From NCBI GenBank assembly GCA_965279035.1, contig OZ257142.1:3264001-3328000 (forward strand): 64,000 nucleotides of DNA, given 5' to 3'. The DNA comes from Bacteroidia bacterium (GTDB taxonomy: Bacteria; Bacteroidota; Bacteroidia; M30B66). The stretch's first letter is position 1, and the number at the start of each line of letters is the position of its first letter. A model generated the notes under the pieces. It was not told the DNA's origin, did not search any database, and saw nothing but the letters and a program-made list of their open reading frames with translations. Position numbers and translations under genes: made by a program. Of this stretch, positions 17,637 through 26,000 are shown piece by piece.

Positions 17637-18115
17637 AATGGCATCGGTTTAGTGCATGCACTACATAGGTCGTGTTCTACCCATGAGCATGGTTCGCCTG
17701 TACGTTGAATACAATCTCTACAATCATCATCGACGCATCCGCAGCGACGACAAATACCAGGAGTCATTTCAAACTTTACTTGAACATCATAAGTCCTAGA
17801 TTTAAGATCGTATCCTAAAACAAAAACAAATGCTCCAGATTGAATTTGATAGCTTTTACACACAAATTTTGAAGCTTCATAAAATGATTTGTTCTCGGAT
17901 CGATTCATGTAAACTGCAGCATAAGCATTGCAGTGACGCACCAAATTATCACACACATCATCTACACTCATTCGAACACCAATTAGTCGATTAAGCTTTC
18001 GCTCTCCTTCTGCCCAAGTGTGTTTTATAACCTGATTAAAAAATTCAAAATTCGCACCATACTTGGTGTATGAAATTTTCGCAGCTGGAGCAATTGGAGT
18101 TTTAAATGCCATCAT
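17633..18115 (-). CDS. Phage protein with Cys-rich C-terminal domain
   Basis: CRRCGC...C..C...PCSWV...LCSAC. Confidence 0.7.
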   Translation of the reverse strand: MMAFKTPIAPAAKISYTKYGANFEFFNQVIKHTWAEGERKLNRLIGVRMSVDDVCDNLVRHCNAYAAVYMNRSENKSFYEASKFVCKSYQIQSGAFVFVLGYDLKSRTYDVQVKFEMTPGICRRCGCVDDDCRDCIQRTGEPCSWVEHDLCSACTKPMPL

Positions 18116-19794
18116 GCTTTCACCGGATTTAATTCGCTCAACTTTTCCTGCAGGCGATTATTTTTCTTTTCGTAAAATCCTCCAACTTCAGATTTAATGG
18201 AGGTAAGATCTACTCCTAATATTTCAGCAATTTGGAAGCGCATTAGTCCCCATTCTTTCAAGCTCCAATCTGAACTGTAATTATTTTCCAGATAGTCATG
18301 AATAAATGAAGCGAGTACAAGATTTACGAAATTTGTATTTCGAATACAGTGATTAACAAGCTCAATGCGAGCTTCCATTTTTTCGTCAGAATATTCATAA
18401 ATAGTGCGGCCATAAACTTTAAAAATTTGAACCTCAGTTGATCGGTTCATTAGATTTAAAGCTAAAATCAATGTGTTTTTTAATATATCTGCAGCATGAT
18501 CACTTATTAATAAAATCTTGCTGTTTTCCGGACTATAAATAAATACCGAAGCTGCTGCTTCTTTAACTTTTTCAGAAATCTTAATTACTTCAAGCTCTTT
18601 ATTGCGCTCCAGTTGAGATTCAATTTGTTTAACTGGATCCCGATCTACTTCTTTTGCTTTAAATGAAGTTTTCTCTTTGCAGCCTTTTCCGTCGCTGCAC
18701 ATAAAACAAATTCTACCTGGCTCTTTATCTAGTGAAATAACATTTGAACACGAATCACACGAGTCCTTTTTGGTCCTCAAATAAGTATGCTGCTCTAGTG
18801 CTTTGGGGAAAATTTTCAACCAGTTCTTATCCTTCCCTGGAGCACTATCACGATTCCAATAAACGGGAATAATGCTTTCCACGTTTTTTTCAAAAAAAGC
18901 TTGCATTTTCAATTGGATACCAGCAATTAGTTTTTCTGAAAAACATTGGCCATCAAAACAGCGATCTACATTTTGAATGTCTGGAAATAGTGTGGTATTA
19001 AATCCTGATCGTTTCGGACAATTCGTACAAGCTCCCGCTGAAGGAATCAATGTTTCGTCTTGCGTTGAAAACGGAGCTTTACTTAAGTTTCGAATAAAAT
19101 TATCCTCGATAGATTTCTGAAGCTGAATTAACGTAGGGATTTCCCCTTGCCATTTAAATTTCGAAAGTTTGTCCTGGTCTTCTTCAGAAAGACGGCAAAT
19201 TTCAAGTGCATGCGTTACCGGCAATTCATTTGACCAGGCGCGCTTTTTAAACTCATTTGAAAGGCTATTTAACTTTAATCTGCGCGCAATATATTCTGGG
19301 CGCTTATTAAGACGCTCAGCAATCATTTGGTGACTCATTGAACGTTGAGTATGCATTACTTCAAAAGCTGCTGCCTCATCCATGTAATGCACGTCTTTTC
19401 GTTGAAGGTTTTCAATGATCTGTATTTCGAAAACTTGTTCATCTGTTAGTTCACGAATTCGGCAAAGAATGAATTCGAGTCCTGCAAACTTGTGAGCTCG
19501 CAGACGGCGATCGCCGACCACCAATTCATAAAAGCTTGATTTGCCTTTCTTAACCGGTCGAACTACAATTGGCTCAATTAAACCATGAGACACAATTGTT
19601 CCAGCAAGCTCCTGAATCTCCTCCTGGTCAAATTGAGATCTAGGGTTTGTCTTAGAATTTACAATGCTTTTAACACTCAGCTTTTCAAGCTTTAGTTCAT
19701 CATCAATCATTAAAATGTCCATTATCAAAGGGATTTTAAGTGAATAAAACCGCCCACACTTTGTGGGCGGTGGCGCTGTTTCTAACAGATGCAT
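18112..19794 (-). CDS. parB: ParB/RepB/Spo0J family protein (large, with Cys cluster)
   Basis: NPR, GLIEPIVVR, GDRRLRA and ENLQRKD motifs, HTH, CTNCPKR; true start probably about 19722. Confidence 0.9.
   Translation of the reverse strand: MHLLETAPPPTKCGRFYSLKIPLIMDILMIDDELKLEKLSVKSIVNSKTNPRSQFDQEEIQELAGTIVSHGLIEPIVVRPVKKGKSSFYELVVGDRRLRAHKFAGLEFILCRIRELTDEQVFEIQIIENLQRKDVHYMDEAAAFEVMHTQRSMSHQMIAERLNKRPEYIARRLKLNSLSNEFKKRAWSNELPVTHALEICRLSEEDQDKLSKFKWQGEIPTLIQLQKSIEDNFIRNLSKAPFSTQDETLIPSAGACTNCPKRSGFNTTLFPDIQNVDRCFDGQCFSEKLIAGIQLKMQAFFEKNVESIIPVYWNRDSAPGKDKNWLKIFPKALEQHTYLRTKKDSCDSCSNVISLDKEPGRICFMCSDGKGCKEKTSFKAKEVDRDPVKQIESQLERNKELEVIKISEKVKEAAASVFIYSPENSKILLISDHAADILKNTLILALNLMNRSTEVQIFKVYGRTIYEYSDEKMEARIELVNHCIRNTNFVNLVLASFIHDYLENNYSSDWSLKEWGLMRFQIAEILGVDLTSIKSEVGGFYEKKNNRLQEKLSELNPVKA
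19749..19772 (-). terminator. Terminator hairpin upstream of parB
   Basis: ACCGCCCACA-AAG-TGTGGGCGGT followed by TTT. Confidence 0.7.
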
Positions 19795-19807
19795 CGCTGC
19801 AGCTGCT

Positions 19808-19922
19808 GGGAGTTTTCGAATATGAGCCTTAACGTTTCAAACTGATGTGTTTGCCAAACCATCAGAGTTATATCCAAGATTTCTGCTCACTCATCCTGGC
19901 CGAAATCGATTCTACTACTCCC
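19808..19922 (-). ncRNA. Candidate structured ncRNA downstream of the tRNA
   Basis: Closing stem GGGAGT/ACTCCC; hairpins CCAGGAT/ATCTTGG and CTGATG..CATCAG; loop TGAGC complementary to downstream GCTCA. Confidence 0.4.
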
Positions 19923-19943
19923 CTCTCGTTTTTGGTAGATATG

Positions 19944-20017
19944 TAGCGGGAGCCGGACTCGAACCGGCGACCTTTGGGTTATGAGCCCAACGAGTTGACC
20001 ATCTGCTCCACCCCGCA
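19944..20017 (-). tRNA. tRNA-Met(CAT), initiator type
   Basis: Cloverleaf; anticodon arm TTGGG-CTCATAA-CCCAA with three G-C pairs; 1:72 mismatch; T loop TTCGAGT; CCA not encoded. Confidence 0.93.
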
Positions 20018-20051
20018 TTGTGCGTACTAATAAAGAACGTAAGGGCAGGAA

Positions 20052-20522
20052 TTAACCCTGCCCTTTGGATAATGGGGCGGTTGAAACCCGGATGTTAAAA
20101 ATGTAATCTTCAAACATGGTTGAAGACATAACAGAATTGGACTGGAGATAAAAATCTGCCCTGTTTTCAAGTTCATCACGAACTTCTGACCAGGCAAGTC
20201 GATTGCTTTCGAAATTCATTTCAAGTCGTTGGACTGTTTGTGAATCTTGAAAATCAATTACTGCAGCATTGTATAGTTTCTCAATTTGCTTGTATTGAGC
20301 ATAAAGACTGCGCTCCAAGCTTTCAAGCATTTCAATAGAAAATGCGCTGAAACATTCAGGCTCGCGTTTAAAGTGATTCAATTCCATATCAAAGGGCTTT
20401 GGTTTTGAATTAATTAGGAGTTGCTTGACGACTAGTGCGAGCTCTTCCATGGGCATGACCAAAATCAGATTCCGATTTAGGCTTAACGAGCTTTGCTCTT
20501 TTGGCCAATCGAACGATATCAA
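20052..20522 (-). CDS. Phage hypothetical protein (true start probably about 20450)
   Basis: ORF downstream of the Cro-like gene. Confidence 0.55.
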   Translation of the reverse strand: MISFDWPKEQSSLSLNRNLILVMPMEELALVVKQLLINSKPKPFDMELNHFKREPECFSAFSIEMLESLERSLYAQYKQIEKLYNAAVIDFQDSQTVQRLEMNFESNRLAWSEVRDELENRADFYLQSNSVMSSTMFEDYIFNIRVSTAPLSKGQG

Positions 20523-20730
20523 TTTCGATCAAGTCTTCAATATTGCAAGGGAAATAGGTGTTGAAATATCTAACTGCTTTAACTGCAGCAGAAGCCATCA
20601 TATCTCTTTTGGGATCATTAATCGTTACCCTTACCCAGCTTTCGGATAAACTACAAGCATTGGCCAGTTCTTTAATAACATCAGTACTTTTTTTCGGAAC
20701 CCGATAAACTAAATCAGCGAGATGGTTCAT
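20410..20730 (-). CDS. Cro-like HTH regulator
   Basis: IKELANACSLSESWV HTH; divergent from the repressor. Confidence 0.7.
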   Translation of the reverse strand: MNHLADLVYRVPKKSTDVIKELANACSLSESWVRVTINDPKRDMMASAAVKAVRYFNTYFPCNIEDLIEIDIVRLAKRAKLVKPKSESDFGHAHGRARTSRQATPN

Positions 20731-20777
20731 ATAATTTTATACATTCGTTGGTTAAATGTTACAAAAGTAACGCGTTG

Positions 20778-20813
20778 ACACAATTGTAGACAAATGAAAC
20801 ACAATTGTGGACA
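20778..20813. promoter_or_regulatory. Two operator-like repeats ACACAATTGT(A/G)GACA
   Basis: 20778-20792 and 20799-20813; palindromic core ACAATTGT; between the divergent regulators. Confidence 0.7.
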
Positions 20814-20859
20814 TCCTGCAAGTTTTGTAGCCACTAATTATTAACACATCGTTAATGAA

Positions 20860-21276
20860 ATGAACATTACGCACAAAATCAAAGAGATACAGAGATACTA
20901 TAATCTCAGCATTCGAGAATTAGCAGATCGATCTGGTGTAGGAAGAGGCGCGATTCAAACCTATGTTAAAGAAGGACCTGATAGAAAGCCATCAGCACCA
21001 TCAATAGATGCTGTTTTGAGTATTTTAAAGGCTTTCCCTGAAATTAACACTGATTGGTTTCTTTTTGATGAAGGAGAAATGATTAAAAAGAACAACGTAC
21101 AAGCAATTGATAATAAAACAGAACCTGCTACAATTGTTGACACGTCAGAGTTAAGCAAAAAATACACAACTGTGTTGGAGGATCTCAATGAAGCTCGTAA
21201 GGAGTTAATAGAATGTTTGAAGGGGCATCCTGAAGGACTACCACCATTGAGACCAACTAAGAAAGTGCTTGGCTGA
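20860..21276 (+). CDS. CI-like XRE-family repressor
   Basis: LSIRELADRSGVGRGAI HTH; FPEINTDWFLFDEGEM typical of Bacteroidota phage repressors; no S24 domain. Confidence 0.85.
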   Translation: MNITHKIKEIQRYYNLSIRELADRSGVGRGAIQTYVKEGPDRKPSAPSIDAVLSILKAFPEINTDWFLFDEGEMIKKNNVQAIDNKTEPATIVDTSELSKKYTTVLEDLNEARKELIECLKGHPEGLPPLRPTKKVLG

Positions 21277-21415
21277 CTGTGCGAGAATGTGGAATGTAAG
21301 TAATTAAAGCGCTAGAAATCAATTAAATATTAAAAGCGACACTTTAAGCATAAAAAATAAGTCATTAGCGACACGCTTAAATAACTGATTATCAATTGAA
21401 AAAGAAACTATCCAA

Positions 21416-21442
21416 CGGGTTCGACTCCCGCCGGCTCCACTA
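21416..21442 (+). other. Attachment site: duplicated 3' end of a tmRNA (or tRNA)
   Basis: CGGG-TTCGACT-CCCG T-arm plus CCGGCTCCACTA with no upstream RNA gene body; AGCGACAC arm-like repeats at 21335 and 21367. Confidence 0.8.
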
Positions 21443-21444
21443 TT

Positions 21445-21484
21445 AAGACTTGTAATTACTTTTAATCAAGTAATTACAAGTCTT
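21445..21484 (+). terminator. Terminator after the att fragment
   Basis: Perfect 17-bp stem AAGACTTGTAATTACTT/AAGTAATTACAAGTCTT plus T run. Confidence 0.85.
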
Positions 21485-21909
21485 TTTAAATTTATTTTAG
21501 CCCAAATTTAGTCCCCATTTTAAATATTACTCAAAATTTCCTTACTTCAATTCTATACTAAAAACAATCCCACAACACTTTTAACATTTTAGCAAGATTG
21601 TTATCTCAAAATTCACTATGAGATAAGAGGTATTTGAATATTTTCCTGTTTGCTAGATCTCATTTTTCGTGAACAATACGAAATAATAACTTATCAATTT
21701 GAAGTATCAAACAAAAGAACAATTTAAAGGAATTTAGTAAAGTACTACTCAATATAAATTAACAGAGGCTTATAATAACACAGCTGAATCGATATTAGAG
21801 CAATTTGCTAAGTTTAGGTTAATTCCATCATGTTATTTCTGTTTCATTTATCTTTTCCACTAAACAATTCTCTAATCTCAGTTTAATTGTGAAACAATAT
21901 CTTTTGTAT

Positions 21910-21967
21910 AGGTCTTTTTCACGTATGAAACAAGGTCTTTTTCACGTATGAAACAAGGTCTTTTTCA
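21910..21967. repeat. 23-bp tandem repeat, 2.5 copies
   Basis: AGGTCTTTTTCACGTATGAAACA. Confidence 0.9.
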
Positions 21968-22559
21968 AGTAATTATATTTAAGAAAAAACACTTCCTTTA
22001 ATGCAATTATTTGTTAATACCAGAATAATCAATTGTAGGATTCAATCAAATGAGTTTGAATGGAAACTGTAATCGTATTACTTATTTAAGGAGGCAAAAA
22101 ATATTGAATCAGAATATGTCACTTGGATGTGGAATGAAGATGAAATCAATGGAGCAAGAATGCTTATTATTTATTTAATGTCTACATCAGGAGTTTAATT
22201 CTAATTTGTGTAAAGTTTATCAATTATACATAATATAGTATTTTGCTATCATTGAAATATTGAAATAAGATAATTAAAATAAAAAATGAATTCTTGTTCC
22301 AATACTTGCATAATATACATTAAAAAGGCTCAACATATATACGTATTTATATACTATATTATTCATACAAATATTATTTATCTATTTCGTCAAGTATTTC
22401 ATATTTCAGCCATTCTATTATGAATGCATTGAATCTATGTAACATACGAAATAAATAATTGAAATTTGATGTGTTAAGAAATAGTAAATTTGTTATTTTG
22501 CACTTGCATATTAAAATTATTATTATTTATTTAGTTTAACATTTCTAAATTATAGTCAC

Positions 22560-23007
22560 ATGAAGAATTTCCTTTATTATTATATTACTGTGTGCTTCAT
22601 TTTTATTTACAACAACAGTTTTAGCGCAAACAAATTCTATTTCTAGAATTCAAATCAGAACACCATTAATATCAACAGATACTGCTAGTGTTCCCTCATC
22701 GAATGGTGGCGATTCTTTAATTGTATCAGAAACTAAAACATTATCCTTCGAAGTTGCAGATACATCAGATATAACTACAATTCAAATAAGACTTGGAAGC
22801 AATCTGAATGGCTCAGATCTATATAATCAATCCTTTTCTTTTAATAGTCTTAGCACTATTTCATCTACCATTTGGTTTAAGCGTAAAGGGATTATTTGCT
22901 CAGCTGGAATAGGCAATTGGGTAAACAGAAGAGATTGCTATTTAATTATCGATGCTAAAAATGCTGCGGGAACAACTGTAGCTCTTTATGCAGGTAAAGC
23001 ATATTGA
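22560..23007 (+). pseudogene. Frameshifted secreted protein gene (about 148 aa)
   Basis: ATG at 22560 is 1 nt out of frame with open frame 22564-23007 (RISFIIILLCASFLFTTTVLAQ...GKAY*). Confidence 0.65.
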
Positions 23008-23040
23008 AAATTTCAAATTCATTATTTTAAAAATTATCCC

Positions 23041-26000
23041 ATGAAAAATTGCCTACTCCTTCTATTTGCTTTTATTATTAGCCAATGTGCTTTTGCAACA
23101 TCAAAAACATGGACAGGTTCAGTTAGTTCCAATTGGAGTAATTCTTCAAATTGGAGCCCATCATATATACCCAATTTAGGGGACAGTGTTTATATTCACT
23201 CTGCCACTAATACCCCTGTTCTAACTGACAATTCGTATTGTAATACGTTAATATTGACAAGCGGGGCAGTGCTCGATTTAGGTGGTAATAATTTTTCGCA
23301 AAGTGGCAATTTGATTATGAATGATGCCACCATTAAAAATGGAATTTTACAATTAAATGGTTTGATAAATTATCCAACAATTACATTAGTAAACTCAGAA
23401 TTTGATGTTATAATTTCAGGGACTATTGGAACTTTAACTGCTTCAAATAGTGTTTTTAAAAAGTCAAACACATTTAATATCAGAAGCAATTCCCCAAGTT
23501 ATTGTGGAGGAAATACATTTGAAAAACCAACTCATATTTCCAACAATGGTTCAGGTGAATTATTTTTTGGCTTTAATGCACCAGATACATTTCAAGATAG
23601 TGTATTTATTGATGCTCAAGATTTAATTACGAGTTCTACTGGCGATATTCATATGGCCTATAACTCTTCATCTAATGAATTTAATGGGTTTTGTCAATTT
23701 GAATTAAATTCTCAATCTTCAATTTATTTCTGCGAAGGTGCCGATACTGCTTCAGTCGATTTTTTTGCACAGGTATTGATTGGAGTAGCTGTTAATTCTC
23801 AAGCTATTGAATTTTCTAGAAATGCTCACTTTCATTCAGGAGCACCATTGGAACTTTCCAATTTAGGATGGATATCAGGTGAATTACGGTTGATGGGTGT
23901 TACAATGGATGATTCTTTGTCAATTGTTATGGATGAAAATGAAAAAGGTAATTCTATACTTATTGATAATGGAAGTGTTTTTTCCTCTATAGTTAATTGC
24001 ACAGCACAATCGATTTATTTGGGTGAAGCGACTTTTAATGACAGTACAACTTTTGTTAAAACTGGTGATGAAACTAATCAGCCACATTATGGGCATATAA
24101 TAGCTAATGCTCCTTTTTCACTAAGTAATACTGGAACAGGTTCCTTTATTACTTCATACAGCGACTCCTGTTCATTTCGTTCTGATCTTACCTTGATTAA
24201 TACCGACGAAGGTTCCATAGATATTGCAAGTAATGGATTACTAAAAATTGGAGGGGATTTAAAAATTAGCACTTCTGCTGGACGAGTTGCCTTAGGAGAA
24301 TACTCAACTGATACCAATAGTGTTCAAGGAAATATTGATTTGAATTGTAATGGTGGTTTGGTCGTATTGGGGATGATTAAACAAAGTAGTGGTACAATCA
24401 ACACGACTTCATTTGCAAATTCCGAATTAGATCTATTGGGCTTTCGATCAACCAATTCGGATAGTTTAATTTTTACAGGATCCGATAATTCGCGCCTTGT
24501 ATTGAACCAATGCCAAATTCAAGGACCATTCAACGTTGAACTTCCATCAATCGTAACCAATGGAGGAATTTATAATGGAAACACTCTATTTCACAAAACG
24601 GGAAGCGATTATGACCAAGGTGGTGGAAGTATGGTGTTTCATGGAAAAGCTCATTTCAAAACCAGTTCTGATGGATATTTTCTGTTAAATTATGATGCTT
24701 CCAACAACCAATTTTGGGATGATTTAATCATCGAATGTATAGGTGATGGAAAAGTGATGACAGCTAGTGATGGTAGCTCTGATTTATACAAAAATCTTGA
24801 ATTTAGAGGTAGTACAACTCCTGATCTTATTCAAGGAAGTGCTATGAATTTTGTTGGTAGTGAGAATCAACATATTTTGTCAACTGGCTCCATTAGCGAT
24901 TTTTCAATGGCGACTTTACTGGTTGAAAAGCCATTTGGTGAACTAATTATTGAAGTTCCACTTCACATTCAAAATGAATTAAACCTCAGTAAAGGGATTA
25001 TTCAATTAAGTGATTCAAATTCACTCTTTCTTGATTCTTTAACAATCGTTTCCTTTGGTAGTGATTCTTCCTATGTTGAAGGAGCAATAAGTAGAACAGG
25101 AACAAGCGAATTTACTTTTCCTACTGGTGGCAATGGGCAATATGCTCCAATTAGTATTGAAGCAGTTTCAAGCAGTACAACTTTTAAAGCTTCATATATT
25201 GGTAACGACCCTAACAGCTTATATTCAAGATCTAGCAAAGATTCAACATTAGGTTTTGTAAACCGTTGTGGTTATTGGAAACTAGAGCGTATTGCGGGCA
25301 CAGGAACAACCAAAGCCACATTGGGTTGGAGTAATAATCCGTGTTTTAGTTCTAATCCAGTTGATGCTAAAATAGCTCTATGGGATGGAAGCCATTGGAA
25401 AGACAAAGGCAATGGCGCTTACTCAGGCAATAGCACGGCTGGAAATGCTCAAATGAGCAATAGCTTTGCAAGCTATCCGGCGATTATTGATGTAACGGGT
25501 GTATGTGGATTAACGGCAGGTTTAAGTGCTAACAGAGACACGCTCTATTCAGGATATCTTGCCACTATCACTGCAACACCTACTAATCAAAGCAATTATA
25601 AGTTCTATGTCAATAATGTCTTAAAACAAGACAGCTCAATCTCTCAATTTAAAACGCATACACTTGTCAATGGAGATAGTGTAAAATTATTAGTGGCGAA
25701 TATGGATGGGTGTGAAAGTTATCATACAAAATCTATATATTTAATAACTCCTCCACTATTGCTAAATCCTAATTTATTTTCAAATGATTCAATTCAAGTT
25801 TTTGCAAAAGATTCAATATTAAGTGACACATCAATTCATGTCTATATTAGCGGAAATACTTTATCGAAATTCAAAAGTCAAACATGTTATCAATCTCATG
25901 GCTTATTTGATAATGATTTAGTTAATATTTCAAATAAATATGATTCATTGAATTTAATTCAATCAAGAATAAATATTGATAAAGGAATACCAATAGAAGG

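Larger units (their letters stand above)
1..21442. mobile_element. Prophage, right arm (continues beyond the left edge of the window)
   Basis: Terminase, S49 protease, capsid-like gene, divergent CI/Cro pair, ParB and tightly coupled minus-strand ORFs; ends at a tmRNA-like 3' fragment. No portal, tape measure or integrase in the window. Confidence 0.93.

Noticed and set aside
19944-20017. tRNA-Met as the prophage integration site
   Set aside because: Phage early genes flank it on both sides and no duplicated 3' fragment of it was seen
21416-21442. Intact tRNA or tmRNA gene
   Set aside because: Only the T arm and acceptor 3' strand are present; treated as an att remnant
1-21442. Diversity-generating retroelement or retron
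   Set aside because: No reverse transcriptase and no TR/VR pair seen in the window
21910-21967. Possible CRISPR array
   Set aside because: Repeats are contiguous with no spacers, and there are no cas genes
21485-22550. Integrase of either island
   Set aside because: No long ORF or tyrosine/serine recombinase motif recognisable
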